Shown here one piece after another: positions 18,110-28,985 of a DNA stretch of 51,330 bases. The position numbers and the translations under genes were made by a program. Numbering within the stretch: position 1 is the stretch's first letter; each line of letters starts with the position of its first letter. The stretch comes from an uncultured Chromatiales bacterium. Lineage in GTDB: Bacteria; Pseudomonadota; Gammaproteobacteria; SZUA-140. The notes beneath the pieces were generated by a model. The model was not told where the DNA came from. It saw only the letters and a list, made by a program, of their open reading frames with translations, and did not search any database. The stretch covers positions 1 through 51,330 of the forward strand of contig CAZJKV010000003.1 of NCBI GenBank assembly GCA_964546765.1, given 5' to 3'.

Positions 18110-21082
18110 ATGTCAAACATCAGGTGTGGCCCCCTGTTGATCTCGCTGCTGTTGATCGGGCTTGCCGTCACGAGCACATCGTTCGGGAGCGGGGAGTCGG
18201 TCACGCTGCAACTGCCGGACGGCAATGATGCCGGCAGCCTGTACCTGCGGCCCGGGGGCCCTCATCCGGTATTGACGGCCGCCCTCGATATCGAGGCCTT
18301 CGACGCGAGCGGCGCAGGCGACCGGCTTTATGTCGCGGCCGGTGATGACGGACTGATCATCTTCAAGGCGTCGCCAGAGGGAACGCCGCGACGCGAAGCG
18401 CAACTGACACTCGATGGCCCGGTGACCGGGCTTTGGATCGCCGGCGCGATCGCGTGGCTCACCGGCCCGAAGGGACTGACCTCGGTCGACATCAGTGAGC
18501 CAGGTGCGCCGGCGGTGATCGCACACTATCCGACTCCGTCGCCGCCGGTCGATTTCGCCATCGGCGACGACGCGGCCTGGCTGCTGCTCGCGCGCGAGAT
18601 ACTGACCTTCGACCTGTCCATGCCGGGCCAGCCGATCCTGATCGGTCGCAGCGGACTCGGCTTTCACGCACGCGCGATCGCGGTGCACGATAATCTGGTC
18701 TTTCTCGCGGCCGGCGAGGCCGGTCTCGTCACCTTCGACCGCCGCCAGCCGCCACCACTGACCTCCGGCTTCCGGCCCGGCGGCGCGGCCAACGATATCG
18801 CGCTCGCAGACGGGCGCATCTATGTCGCGACCGATGATGGGGTTACGATCGTCGAAGGCGCCGGCACCGACGGGCTGCGCTGGCTCGGCAGCTTCCGCAC
18901 CGAACGGCCGGTGCGGCGCATCGCGGTCGCGGACGGCCGCGCGACCGTGCAGACCGCGGACCGCCGCCTCTGGCTGCTCGACGTCGAGAACCCGGAGGCC
19001 ATCAGGATCACCGCGCTCCTGATGCGCGATTGCTGCAACGCCTGGCAGCATCACGACCGGCATGCCTTCGTCCTCGCTGCCGATGCCCTGACCGTGTTCG
19101 ACATCGGCGTGCCGGCGCCGCAACCCGGCAATGCCGGGCTCGCCTTCGGCCAGGGCGTCAATCTAGGCGGCCAGCGCCGCGTGCACATCGATCGTGATAT
19201 CGCCTATGTCGCGGACTGGTTCGCCGGTCTGCACCTGTATGCGATAGACGATCCCGCCCGCCCGCGCCTCCTCGCGAGCCTCAACACCGGCGGTTCGGCG
19301 AAGGGCGTCGTCGTGCGCGACGACATCGCCTTCGTCGCCGACGACGACCATGGCCTGCAGGTCATCGACGTCACCGACCCGCAACGGCCGCGGCATGTCG
19401 CGAACCTGCTGCTGCCCGGTCTTGCCTATACCCCGGTGCTCGATGGCGATCGCCTGTGGCTGGCCTCGCATTTCGGCGGACTGCATGTCATCGACATCGC
19501 CGACCCTGGCGCACCTGCGCTGATCGCGCGATACCAGATCCCGGGCAGGACCTGGTCGCTGCGCCTTCGTGACGGCATCGCCCTCGTCGCCGCCGACGAG
19601 GCCGGCCTGCTGTTGCTCGATGTCGCCGACCCGGTGGTGCCGCGCCTGACAGGCAGCTACGCCCCGGGCGGACGCGCCGAGGAGGTTGTGATAGACGGTG
19701 ACCGCGCCTATGTCGCGTTCTTCGACGACGGCGTGCACATTGTAGACATCGGCGATCCGGCGCAACCGCGCATGCTCGGCCGCGTCACGACCCCCGGCAA
19801 TGCGCGTGGGCTCGATCTGCGCGGCACGCGGCTCTATGTCGCCGACTGGCGCGCGGGCATGCAGATCATCGACGTCTCCGACCCGCGCCGGCCGCGCATC
19901 ACCGGCGGGTACGATACCGACGGCGCGGCCTGGGGGGTGCAGGTGACCGGCGACATCGCGTTCGTCGCCGACTGGTGGGGCGGCATCACGCTGCTCGATG
20001 TCGGTGACGCAGAGCGGCCCGCACCGGTCGGACACTACCCGCCGCGCACGCCGATCGAATCGGTCGCGACGGCCGGCGGCTTCGCCTTTCTGGCTCAGGG
20101 CGCCGGCGGCCTGCAGGTTTACGATATCGGAAATCCGCTCAACCCGACCTGGGTCACCGGGCTCGAACTCACCGAGGCGCGCGCCATCGTCATCGACGTC
20201 GCCGGCGCGCGCGCGCATGTACTGCAGGATGGCGGCCGGGTCGCGGTCATCGACCTGCAGGATCCATATCAACCGCGGGTGTTGAAGGCGCTGTCGACCG
20301 GACACGATGCGCATGGCTTGCGCGCGGGCGGCGCGAAGATACTGCTGATCGATGACGACGGCGTCACGCTAATCGATACGCGCGATGCGTCGATGAATCG
20401 AATCGAGACCGGGCCCGGTACCCGTGATGCGTGGCGCAACGACGCGCACCTGTTCGTCGCGACGCGCGCCGGGCTGAGGGTCTTCGATGCCGCCGGCGCG
20501 GCCATCCCCGGAGCGTCTGTGTTGCACCCGGAGCCGCTGACCCTGGTCCGCGGTGACGACAGGATCGTGCTGCTCGCCGTGCGCGGGGAAGGACTGCGCA
20601 TTCTGTCGACGGCGCCCGGGTTTCGTGAACTCGCGCATGTCTCGCTGGCGCACGAGGTCACAGACATCGTATTCGATGGCACAACGGCGCATATCGCGAC
20701 CGATGCCCCCGGGATACTGAGCCTCGATCTCGGGCGTCCCGCTGACTGGCGCTTGTTGTCCGCGCACGACCTGACCCGCACGGCCAGCGGGCTGGCCGTA
20801 CACGACGGCACGCTGTACCTCTCCGGCACACCGGAACTGCTGGCGCTGACGCCGCCGCGCCCGGTGCGTATCGATGCCGATATGCCGGGACGCCTCGTGC
20901 TGCAATTGCCGGACGACCTGCCGCCGGGATCATGGGACCTGGCCGCCGCGCGCGCGCCCTTGCCCGGTCACGTGCTGCGTCATGACGCGGTCATGATCGA
21001 ACCGCTGCGCTTCGGCCGGCCGCAGATCAGCGCCGGGGAATTCGAGGCACTGAGGCAGCAGCATCTGCGGGAAACGCAGTGA
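18110..21082 (+). CDS. Large exported LVIVD-repeat (beta-propeller) protein, function unknown
   Basis: Signal peptide and many about 42-aa repeats of the form AYVAD..GL.viDisdP..P. Confidence 0.8.
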   Translation: MSNIRCGPLLISLLLIGLAVTSTSFGSGESVTLQLPDGNDAGSLYLRPGGPHPVLTAALDIEAFDASGAGDRLYVAAGDDGLIIFKASPEGTPRREAQLTLDGPVTGLWIAGAIAWLTGPKGLTSVDISEPGAPAVIAHYPTPSPPVDFAIGDDAAWLLLAREILTFDLSMPGQPILIGRSGLGFHARAIAVHDNLVFLAAGEAGLVTFDRRQPPPLTSGFRPGGAANDIALADGRIYVATDDGVTIVEGAGTDGLRWLGSFRTERPVRRIAVADGRATVQTADRRLWLLDVENPEAIRITALLMRDCCNAWQHHDRHAFVLAADALTVFDIGVPAPQPGNAGLAFGQGVNLGGQRRVHIDRDIAYVADWFAGLHLYAIDDPARPRLLASLNTGGSAKGVVVRDDIAFVADDDHGLQVIDVTDPQRPRHVANLLLPGLAYTPVLDGDRLWLASHFGGLHVIDIADPGAPALIARYQIPGRTWSLRLRDGIALVAADEAGLLLLDVADPVVPRLTGSYAPGGRAEEVVIDGDRAYVAFFDDGVHIVDIGDPAQPRMLGRVTTPGNARGLDLRGTRLYVADWRAGMQIIDVSDPRRPRITGGYDTDGAAWGVQVTGDIAFVADWWGGITLLDVGDAERPAPVGHYPPRTPIESVATAGGFAFLAQGAGGLQVYDIGNPLNPTWVTGLELTEARAIVIDVAGARAHVLQDGGRVAVIDLQDPYQPRVLKALSTGHDAHGLRAGGAKILLIDDDGVTLIDTRDASMNRIETGPGTRDAWRNDAHLFVATRAGLRVFDAAGAAIPGASVLHPEPLTLVRGDDRIVLLAVRGEGLRILSTAPGFRELAHVSLAHEVTDIVFDGTTAHIATDAPGILSLDLGRPADWRLLSAHDLTRTASGLAVHDGTLYLSGTPELLALTPPRPVRIDADMPGRLVLQLPDDLPPGSWDLAAARAPLPGHVLRHDAVMIEPLRFGRPQISAGEFEALRQQHLRETQ

Positions 21083-21624
21083 CCGTGACGAAGGTCGCCG
21101 GATCCGGAATGTCCGACCTCTATTGCGAGAGCCTGCCGCCCGCGGCGACCCCGGCCGCGCAGGTGATGATCCTCGGTTCGATGCCGGGCGCGGAATCGCT
21201 GCGTCGCGCCGAGTACTACGCCCACCCGCGCAACCTGTTCTGGGACTTCATCGAGGAACTGTTCGCGATCCCGCGCGCGTTGCCCTATCCCCGACGCCTG
21301 CGCATGCTCAACCGGCGGGGTGTCGCGTTGTGGGATGTCGCCGCGCAATGTCATCGCCGCGGCAGCCTCGACGCGGCGATCGATCGCGCGACCGTGGCTC
21401 CGAACGACTTCGGCCGGCTGTTTGCAAAACAGCCCGAACTGCATGCCCTCTGCTTCAACGGCCGCGCGGCCTCAGCACTCTATATCCGCCTGGTCCTGCC
21501 GCGGCTCGATCAGCGCTGGCGTGATCTCGAGCGTATCGACCTCCCGTCCACGAGTCCCGCCAATGCCTCCATCCCTCGCGCCAAAAAGCGGGCACTCTGG
21601 AGCGAGATACTGCGCCGTCTCTGA
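21079..21624 (+). CDS. Uracil-DNA glycosylase superfamily, hypoxanthine (deoxyinosine) DNA glycosylase type
   Basis: ILGSMPG, YYAHPRNLFW, LWDV, FNG and LPSTSPANA motifs. Confidence 0.88.
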   Translation: MTVTKVAGSGMSDLYCESLPPAATPAAQVMILGSMPGAESLRRAEYYAHPRNLFWDFIEELFAIPRALPYPRRLRMLNRRGVALWDVAAQCHRRGSLDAAIDRATVAPNDFGRLFAKQPELHALCFNGRAASALYIRLVLPRLDQRWRDLERIDLPSTSPANASIPRAKKRALWSEILRRL

Positions 21625-21629
21625 GCCCG

Positions 21630-22301
21630 TTACCGATCGCGCTGCAACAGCACGACTGAAGGCGCGTGATACTCCACACGCAGGCGATGGCGCGTGGCGA
21701 TCCATTCGAAGGTCTCCGGCGCATAGAAGCAGACATGGGTCGGGTCATCCTTGTAGTACCAGCGCCCGAATTCGATATCCGGCATCACTATGCCCGTCAT
21801 GATCCCGAGCCAGGCGCCGGGCTTCAGCAGTCCGGCCAGTCTTTCCCATTCCTGCCCGGGACGCGAGAAGTGTTCGACGGTCTCGCTGCAGGTGACGAAG
21901 TCGTAGCGGACCCGCAGCGTCACGGGATCATCGGCGTAGAACGGATCATAGATCCGCATCGGGAATCCCGCCTCCTCGAACATCAGCGACAGGGTCGGTC
22001 CGGGCCCGCTGCCGTAATCGAGGCCCGCGGCGCCTGCGGTCAGGCGTTCGATCATCGGCCGGAAGAGCGCGGACAGGAAATGGCGATAGGCGGGGTCGGC
22101 GGGGTCGTTATTGTGCTGGTCATAGCGCCGTTTTTCCTCGTCGGCAGCGAGATGATGCGCGCCGGGCACATGCACCAGCGCGCAGGCGCCGCAGCGCAAA
22201 TATTCGCGCCGCCGGTCGCAGAACCATTGCACGAGATCCGTCGCGGTGCATAACGGACACACGGCGCCGGTCGAGGCGGACTCCCGATCCTGTATACTCA
22301 T
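21630..22301 (-). CDS. Class I SAM-dependent methyltransferase with N-terminal Zn ribbon
   Basis: CPLC..CGAC, LDYGSGPG, YDPFY and WYYKDDPTHVCFY motifs. Confidence 0.85.
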   Translation of the reverse strand: MSIQDRESASTGAVCPLCTATDLVQWFCDRRREYLRCGACALVHVPGAHHLAADEEKRRYDQHNNDPADPAYRHFLSALFRPMIERLTAGAAGLDYGSGPGPTLSLMFEEAGFPMRIYDPFYADDPVTLRVRYDFVTCSETVEHFSRPGQEWERLAGLLKPGAWLGIMTGIVMPDIEFGRWYYKDDPTHVCFYAPETFEWIATRHRLRVEYHAPSVVLLQRDR

Positions 22302-22345
22302 ACCCGGGACAATCGTATATCACCTGTCAGTATAGGGGTTTAGCC

Positions 22346-22828
22346 ATGCCGTCTTTCGATGCCGTATCTGAAGTGGACATGCACGAGGTGCACAATGCCG
22401 TCGACCAGGCCAACCGCGAGGTCGGTACCCGTTTCGACTTCAAGGGCACGGATTCGAAATACGAACAGGACGACGCGATCATCACGCTCCACAGCCAGAC
22501 CGAATTTCAGCTGCAACAGATGCTTGACATTGTACAGGACAAGCTGATGCGGCGCGGCATCGACATCGCCTGCCTGAAGATCGATGAACCCGAGATCGCC
22601 GGCAAGCAGGCGCGCCAGCGCATCACCTTGCAGCAGGGACTGGACGCCCCGCTGGCGAAGAAGATCGTTCAGCTGATCAAGCAGGGCAATCTCAAGGTGC
22701 AGGCCTCGATCATGGGCGACCGCGTGCGCGTCAGCGGAAAGAAAAAGGACGACCTGCAAAAGGTCATGACGGCACTGCGCAATCAGGACTTCGAGTTGCC
22801 GCTGCAGTTCATCAACTTCCGGGACTAG
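22346..22828 (+). CDS. yajQ: YajQ-family nucleotide/c-di-GMP-binding protein
   Basis: MPSFDAVSEVD...RFDFKG...RVSGKKKDDLQ...LQFINFRD. Confidence 0.96.
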   Translation: MPSFDAVSEVDMHEVHNAVDQANREVGTRFDFKGTDSKYEQDDAIITLHSQTEFQLQQMLDIVQDKLMRRGIDIACLKIDEPEIAGKQARQRITLQQGLDAPLAKKIVQLIKQGNLKVQASIMGDRVRVSGKKKDDLQKVMTALRNQDFELPLQFINFRD

Positions 22829-22862
22829 CCGCGCGGATCCCGGCGCCGGCGCCTCAATTGGG

Positions 22863-23651
22863 TCAGACCATCAGCATTCGCACGGCGACCGCAACCAGCA
22901 GCAGCGCGAACAGGCGCTTCAACAGACTGACCGGCAGGGTGTGGGTCAGGTGGGCGCCGAACGGCGCGGTCAGCACACTCGACGCTGCGATCGCCCCGGC
23001 CGCGGGCCAGTGGATGTAGCCGGTATTGCCCGGCGGCAGGTCGGCGGCGCCGAGGCCGGCGACCAGGTAGGCCAGCGTCCCGGCGACCGCGATCGGCAGG
23101 CCACACGCGGCCGAGGTCGCGATCGCATTACGCAGCGGCGTATTGCACCACAGCAGGAACGGCGTCGTCAGTGTGCCGCCGCCGATCCCGACCAGCATGG
23201 ACAGGCTCCCGATCACCGTCCCGGCGGCGGTCATGCCGACCGCGCCCGGCAGACTCCGGCTCGGCGGCGGCTGCAGGCCGAGGATCATCTGCAGCGCAAT
23301 CACCAGCACGAAGGTCACGAAGACATAGCGCAAGGCGCCGCTGCCGGCCAGCTCGGCGAAGGCGACGCCGAGCGCGGCGCCGATGACGATACCGGGCGTC
23401 AGGCGCAAGCATACCGGCCACAGGATCGCACGATGACGCTGATGCCCCCAGATCGACGCGATCGCGGTGACACTGATCGTCGCGAGCGAGGTGCCGAGCG
23501 CCATCTGCATCATCACGTCCGCGGTGTAGCCCTGCGCCGTGAATATGAACACCAGCACCGGCACGATGACCAGCCCGCCGCCGATGCCGAACAGCCCGGC
23601 GAGCAGGCCGGTCACGGTGCCCAGCATCAGATAGAGCAGCAGTGGCGTCAT
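22863..23651 (-). CDS. TSUP (TauE/SafE) family permease
   Basis: Duplicated GLFGIGGG / LVGIGGG motifs, ALGTSLA and about 8 TM segments. Confidence 0.9.
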   Translation of the reverse strand: MTPLLLYLMLGTVTGLLAGLFGIGGGLVIVPVLVFIFTAQGYTADVMMQMALGTSLATISVTAIASIWGHQRHRAILWPVCLRLTPGIVIGAALGVAFAELAGSGALRYVFVTFVLVIALQMILGLQPPPSRSLPGAVGMTAAGTVIGSLSMLVGIGGGTLTTPFLLWCNTPLRNAIATSAACGLPIAVAGTLAYLVAGLGAADLPPGNTGYIHWPAAGAIAASSVLTAPFGAHLTHTLPVSLLKRLFALLLVAVAVRMLMV

Positions 23652-23697
23652 TTAGCGTGACAGGGGCGGTGAGATACGGATCTGTCCCCGCTCCGGT

Positions 23698-25068
23698 CTA
23701 TGGATGGCCGATCCAGATGGTCTTGATGTTGACGAATTCGCGCAGGCCGTGGACCGACAATTCGCGTCCGTAGCCGGAGTCCTTGATGCCGCCGAAGGGC
23801 AGGCGCGGGTCGCTCTTGACGATACCGTTGACGAAGGTGCCGCCGCATTCGAGGCGCCGCGCGATCGATTCGCCGCGCGCGAGGTCGGCGGTCCAGACGC
23901 TGCCGCCGAGTCCGAAGCGCGATGCGTTCGCTACAGCGACGGCCTCTTCCTCGTCACGCACCCGGATCACGCCTGCAACCGGGCCGAAAAGCTCCTCGTC
24001 AAAGGCCGGCATGCCCGGCGCAACGCGGTCGAGGATCGTGGCCGGGTAATAAAAGCCGGCGCCCGACAGCGGCGCGCCGCCGGTGACCAGTTTGGCGCCG
24101 AGCGCAATGCTCTGCTGCACCTGGTGATGCAGATCATCGCGCAGGTCGGCCCGTGCGAGCGGCGCGAGCATCGTTTCACTGTCGAGCGGATCCCCGGTCG
24201 CGAGCTGTTCGGCGGCGCGCCCGAACGCGGCGACGAATGCATCAGCGATCGCATCGACGACGATGAAGCGCTTGGCCGCGATACAACTCTGTCCGGCGTT
24301 CATGAAGCGTGATGCGACCGCGTTCTTGACGGTGTGCTCGAGGTCGGCGTCGGGAAGCACGATAAAAGCGTCCGAACCGCCGAGTTCAAGCACGGTCTTC
24401 TTGAGCGCGGCTCCGGCGATTGCCGCCACCTTGCGTCCGGCCGGCTCGCTGCCGGTCAGCGTTACGGCGCGTACCCGGGGATCCTCTATCACGCGCGCGA
24501 CCCGGGATGCCGGGATCAGGAGCGTCTTGAACACGCCGTCAGGCAGCCCGGCCTCGCGAAACACCTCCTCGATCGCAAGCGCGCATTGGGGCACGTTCGA
24601 TGCGTGCTTGAGCAGCGCGACATTGCCCGCGACGAGCGCCGGCGCGGCGAACCTGAACACCTGCCAGAACGGAAAATTCCACGGCATCACCGCGAGCACC
24701 GCGCCGAGCGGCTGCCAGGCGATGAGACTGCGGGCGGCATCGGATGTAACCGGCGTGTCGGCGAGGAACTCAGCGGCGTGCTCGGCGTAATAGTCGCAGC
24801 CGGCGGCGCATTTTTCGATCTCGGCCCGCGCCTCGCCGATCAGCTTGCCCATCTCGAGGGTAATCAGGCGAGCGAGTTGCTCCTGGTGGATGCGCAGCAC
24901 GCCTGCGACGTCGTGGAGGAGTGCGCTGCGCCGCTTCAGCGCAGTCCCGGCCCATGCGGGATACGCGCGCGCAGCCTCAGCCAGCGCGGTCTCGATATGC
25001 GCCTCGTCCAGGGACTCGAAGAACTCGAGCCTGCGCCCGTCCGCCGGATTGATTGATTCGAATTTCAT
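23698..25068 (-). CDS. NAD(P)-dependent succinate-semialdehyde dehydrogenase (Sad/GabD1-like)
   Basis: VMPWNFPFWQV, LKHASNVP, LELGGSD, GQSCIAAK and EELFGP motifs. Start set at MKFESINP. Confidence 0.9.
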   Translation of the reverse strand: MKFESINPADGRRLEFFESLDEAHIETALAEAARAYPAWAGTALKRRSALLHDVAGVLRIHQEQLARLITLEMGKLIGEARAEIEKCAAGCDYYAEHAAEFLADTPVTSDAARSLIAWQPLGAVLAVMPWNFPFWQVFRFAAPALVAGNVALLKHASNVPQCALAIEEVFREAGLPDGVFKTLLIPASRVARVIEDPRVRAVTLTGSEPAGRKVAAIAGAALKKTVLELGGSDAFIVLPDADLEHTVKNAVASRFMNAGQSCIAAKRFIVVDAIADAFVAAFGRAAEQLATGDPLDSETMLAPLARADLRDDLHHQVQQSIALGAKLVTGGAPLSGAGFYYPATILDRVAPGMPAFDEELFGPVAGVIRVRDEEEAVAVANASRFGLGGSVWTADLARGESIARRLECGGTFVNGIVKSDPRLPFGGIKDSGYGRELSVHGLREFVNIKTIWIGHP

Positions 25069-25178
25069 TGCCGTATCCAGCTTAGCACAGGCGCGACCAG
25101 GTGATGAATTGCGGCGCTGACAAGCCGGACTGGCTGGACTAGAATCACAGATCATTGAGTACCCGGAGGATGGAGTGC

Positions 25179-26150
25179 ATGCCTGTGACAATCGAACGGG
25201 TCGTCAAACCGAAGATCTGCGTGCTGGGCGGGACCGGCTTCGTCGGCCAGCAGCTTGCGGCCCTGCTCGCCAACCATGGTTACCGGGTGCTGATACCGAC
25301 GCGGCGCAGTGAACGGCACCGCGCGCTGCGTGTCCTGCCCGGCGTCGAGCTGGTGCAGGCCGACATCCACGACACCGCGGAGCTGCGCCGCCTGGTGCAC
25401 GGCTGCGAGGCGGCGGTCAACCTGGCCGCGATCCTGAACGAACGCAAAAAGGGTGACTTCGAGGCGATGCACGTCAAGCTGCCGCGCAATCTCGCCCATG
25501 TCTGCACCGAGGCCGGGGTCACTCGCTTGCTCCACATGAGCGCACTGAATGCCGGGGCCGGCGCCAGTCGTTACCTGAAGACCAAGGGCGAGGGCGAGGA
25601 TCTCGTGCATGGCATCGACGGCCTCTCCGTGACGAGCTTTCGGCCCTCGGTGATCTTCGGACCCGACGACCATTTTTTCAACCGCTTCGCGAAACTGCTG
25701 AAGATCTCGCCGCTGATGTTCCCGCTTGCGTGCCCGGACGCGCGCTTTGCCCCGGTGTTCGTCGGCGATGTGGTCCACGCGATGCTGACGGCGCTCGAGC
25801 GCCCGGTCACGATCGGCCGGCGCTACGACTTGTGCGGCCCGCGCGCCTATACGCTGCGCCAGCTGGTCGAGTACACCGCCGACACGCTCGGCATCACGCG
25901 CCAGGTCATCGCGCTCGGCGACGGGCTGTCGAGCCTGCAGGCCCGATTCATGGGCGTGCTCCCGGGCAAGCCGTTCACCCGGGACAACTACCTCTCGATG
26001 CAGACGGACGCCGTCTGCCGCGGTGATTTTCCGGAGGTGTTCGGGATTGTCCCGGCTTCGGTCGAGTCGATCGTGCCGGTGTATCTTGGCCATACCGACC
26101 AGCGCAGCCGCTTCGACGCCTACCGGCGCGATGCGCGGCATTCCTATTAG
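25179..26150 (+). CDS. NDUFA9-like atypical SDR (NAD-dependent epimerase family)
   Basis: GGTGFVG, HMSAL, SRYLKTKGEGE and FRPSVIFG motifs. Confidence 0.88.
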   Translation: MPVTIERVVKPKICVLGGTGFVGQQLAALLANHGYRVLIPTRRSERHRALRVLPGVELVQADIHDTAELRRLVHGCEAAVNLAAILNERKKGDFEAMHVKLPRNLAHVCTEAGVTRLLHMSALNAGAGASRYLKTKGEGEDLVHGIDGLSVTSFRPSVIFGPDDHFFNRFAKLLKISPLMFPLACPDARFAPVFVGDVVHAMLTALERPVTIGRRYDLCGPRAYTLRQLVEYTADTLGITRQVIALGDGLSSLQARFMGVLPGKPFTRDNYLSMQTDAVCRGDFPEVFGIVPASVESIVPVYLGHTDQRSRFDAYRRDARHSY

Positions 26151-27386
26151 ATGAAGATCTATATCGTCGGCGGTGCGGTACGTGACCGGCTGCTCGGGCT
26201 GCCGGTCAAGGACCGGGACTGGGTCGTCGTCGGCGCGACGCCCGAGCAGATGCTCGCGCACGGCTTTCGCCAGGTCGGCAAGGATTTCCCGGTATTCCTG
26301 CATCCGCAAACCCACGAGGAATATGCGCCCGCGCGCACCGAGCGCAAGACCGCCCCCGGATACAAGGGCTTTGCGGTCCACGCCGCCCCCGACGTCACGC
26401 TCGAGGACGACCTGATCCGGCGCGACCTGACGATCAACGCGATGGCAGAGACCGAGGACGGCACGCTGGTCGATCCCTATGGCGGCGCCCTGGACCTCGA
26501 ACGGCGGGTGTTGCGCCATGTCTCGCCGGCCTTCGCCGAAGACCCGCTGCGCATCCTGCGGGTTGCGCGTTTCGCGGCGCGCTTCGAACCGCTCGGTTTC
26601 CTCGTTGCCGAGGAGACACTGCTGATGATGCGCACGATCGTCGAGGCCGGCGAGATCGAGGCGCTGGTGCCCGAGCGCGTCTGGCAGGAGACCGAGCGCG
26701 CGCTCGCCGAGTCCCGGCCGTCGGCCTATTTCGAGGTGCTGCATGCCTGCGGCGCGCTCGCGGTGATCGCGCCCGAGATCGATCGGCTGTGGGGCGTGCC
26801 GCAATCACCCGAGCATCACCCGGAGGTCGATACCGGGGTGCACACGATGATGGTGCTCGAATCCGCGGCGCAACTCACATCCGACACCTCGATCCGATTC
26901 GCGGCACTGACCCATGACTTAGGCAAGGGTACGACGCCCAGGGAGGAGTGGCCGCGCCATGTCGGTCACGAGGCACGCAGTGTCGAGCTCATTGAAGCGC
27001 TGTGCGCGCGCCTGCGGGTGCCGAATGATCATCGCGATCTCGCGCTGATCACCGCGCGCTATCACGGCGACTGCCTGCGCGTGCTGGAGATGCGTCCGGG
27101 CACGGTGCTCGGCCTGCTCGAGTCGCTCGACGCGTTTCGCCGTCCCGCGCGCTTCGAGCAGTTCCTGCTGGCCTGCGAGGCCGATTTCCGCGGCCGGCCC
27201 GGCTATGAAGACCGCGACTACCCGCAGGCCGCGTGGCTGCGCAGGGCGCGCGAGGCTGCCGCGGACATCAGCGGCGCGACCCTGTCACAGACCGGTCTCA
27301 CCGGCAAGGCGCTCGGTGCCGCACTGTCGCAACGGCGCAGTGAAGCGATCGCGGCGCTTGAGCACGCGGACGGTATCGGCGAATGA
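26151..27386 (+). CDS. cca: Multifunctional CCA-adding enzyme with HD domain
   Basis: [30 protein letters not shown] and HDLGKG motifs. Confidence 0.96.
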   Translation: MKIYIVGGAVRDRLLGLPVKDRDWVVVGATPEQMLAHGFRQVGKDFPVFLHPQTHEEYAPARTERKTAPGYKGFAVHAAPDVTLEDDLIRRDLTINAMAETEDGTLVDPYGGALDLERRVLRHVSPAFAEDPLRILRVARFAARFEPLGFLVAEETLLMMRTIVEAGEIEALVPERVWQETERALAESRPSAYFEVLHACGALAVIAPEIDRLWGVPQSPEHHPEVDTGVHTMMVLESAAQLTSDTSIRFAALTHDLGKGTTPREEWPRHVGHEARSVELIEALCARLRVPNDHRDLALITARYHGDCLRVLEMRPGTVLGLLESLDAFRRPARFEQFLLACEADFRGRPGYEDRDYPQAAWLRRAREAAADISGATLSQTGLTGKALGAALSQRRSEAIAALEHADGIGE

Positions 27387-28369
27387 CCGTCCGGCGCGGT
27401 TTCGCCAGCCTGCTGGCGGGGCTCGCGCTGCTGACCGGCTGTGCGACGATCCCGGCGCCGGAGACGCGGCATGGCGTCGCATTCGTCGTCCCCGACGACG
27501 GTTCGCTCGCGGCGCGTCATGCGCCCGTCGTCGTCCCGGAATATCCGGCGGCTGCGTACAACCGTGTCGGAGGGCCCGCGGCGGAGATCGACGGACGCGG
27601 CCGCCCGCGGGTCTTTGTCGACCCGGACCGGCCCGCGGTCTATTTCCAGCAGCGCGCGTTCGAGACCGCCACGCAGCGCTATACAAACCTGGTCTACCGG
27701 GTGCATTTCGAGCGCGTCCCCTACAGCCTGTTCCCGTTTCACCTGACCGCCGGCCGCAATTCCGGATTGTTGTTCGTCGTGACCCTCGATGCTGCCGGGC
27801 GCCCGTTGCTGCTGACCACCGTGCACACCTGCGGCTGCTATCTCGCCTTCGTGCCGACATCCTGGCTGCCGCGCGAGGCCTGGCCCCCGGGCCGTGACGG
27901 GACGGAGCAGAAGGTGTTCGGCATCCGCCTGCCCGGACTGCTCGAGTATCCGGAATGGCCCGAGCAGGATCTGCGACCGCTGATCTTCACGCGGCACGGG
28001 ACGCACCGGGTCGAGCACGCCGGCGTCGCGCGTTACAGCACGCTCGGCGGCGAATACGAACTGATCACGACCGAACTGCTTCCGGTCGAGGCACTGAAGT
28101 CACTGCCGCTCGGCGATGGCGAGACCGTTTCGTTCTATAACGACAGCGGGTTGCGCAAGGGTTATGTCAAGGGCGCATCCAAGCCGTTCGAACTGCTGTT
28201 CATGAGCTGGTGGAGCCTCGACCTGCATGTCGGCGTCGACAAGGAATACGGCGATCGCGACGAGACCGGCACGGTGTTCTATACCAGCCTCAAGCCGTGG
28301 GCCCGCGGCGCGTCCGACATGTGGCGCTTCGCGGAGTTCCTGGAGTACTGGGGCTGGCGGTTGCCGTAG
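27383..28369 (+). CDS. Hypothetical lipoprotein
   Basis: Lipobox LLTG|C, ATGA overlap with cca, typical codon usage and an HTCGCY motif. Confidence 0.75.
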   Translation: MTVRRGFASLLAGLALLTGCATIPAPETRHGVAFVVPDDGSLAARHAPVVVPEYPAAAYNRVGGPAAEIDGRGRPRVFVDPDRPAVYFQQRAFETATQRYTNLVYRVHFERVPYSLFPFHLTAGRNSGLLFVVTLDAAGRPLLLTTVHTCGCYLAFVPTSWLPREAWPPGRDGTEQKVFGIRLPGLLEYPEWPEQDLRPLIFTRHGTHRVEHAGVARYSTLGGEYELITTELLPVEALKSLPLGDGETVSFYNDSGLRKGYVKGASKPFELLFMSWWSLDLHVGVDKEYGDRDETGTVFYTSLKPWARGASDMWRFAEFLEYWGWRLP

Positions 28370-28370
28370 C

Positions 28371-28985
28371 TTATTCCTGGCCCCACCTCGGCAACAGGTC
28401 ATGGGCGACGTCGAGATGGTCCAGGATGCGGGCGACAACGAAGTCGACGAGGTCGCCGATCGCGTGTGGCTGGTGATAGAAACCGGGGCTCGGCGGCATG
28501 ATCACGACACCGAGGCGGGCGAGCTTGAGCATGTGCTCGAGATGGATCGCCGACAGCGGCATCTCGCGCGGGACCAGGATCAGCTTGCGCTGTTCTTTCA
28601 GCACGACGTCGGCCGCACGTTCGAGCAGGTTGTCGCTGGTGCCGCAGGCGATCGCGGCGAGTGTCCCGCTGGTGCACGGGCACACGACCATCGCGCGCGG
28701 CGCACTCGAGCCGCTCGCGACCGGCGCGGTCCACTGATCCTTGCCGAAGACCTCCAGCTGTCCGTCGGTCGCGCCATAGAGGTCGGTGAAGAATTGCGCC
28801 ATCTCGCGCGGGGCGCCCGGCGCCTTGAGGTCGGTCTCCATCGCCATGACGACCTGGGCCGGTTGCGACACCATCAGCTGCACCTGTTCGCCGGCGTGAA
28901 TCAGGCATTCCATCAGACGCAGGCCGTAGGGGATGCCGGAAGCCCCGGTCATCGCGAGCGCGATCGCGTCGTTGCGGTCACTCAT
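28371..28985 (-). CDS. ubiX: Flavin prenyltransferase
   Basis: MTGASG, ASGSS, NLLERAADVVLKE and PGFYH motifs. Confidence 0.95.
   Translation of the reverse strand: MSDRNDAIALAMTGASGIPYGLRLMECLIHAGEQVQLMVSQPAQVVMAMETDLKAPGAPREMAQFFTDLYGATDGQLEVFGKDQWTAPVASGSSAPRAMVVCPCTSGTLAAIACGTSDNLLERAADVVLKEQRKLILVPREMPLSAIHLEHMLKLARLGVVIMPPSPGFYHQPHAIGDLVDFVVARILDHLDVAHDLLPRWGQE

Noticed and set aside
26317-26346. CCA enzyme motif reads EEYAPARTE instead of the usual EEYALARTE
   Set aside because: A single CTC->CCC change explains it. It cannot be distinguished from a sequencing or assembly error, and the frame is intact.
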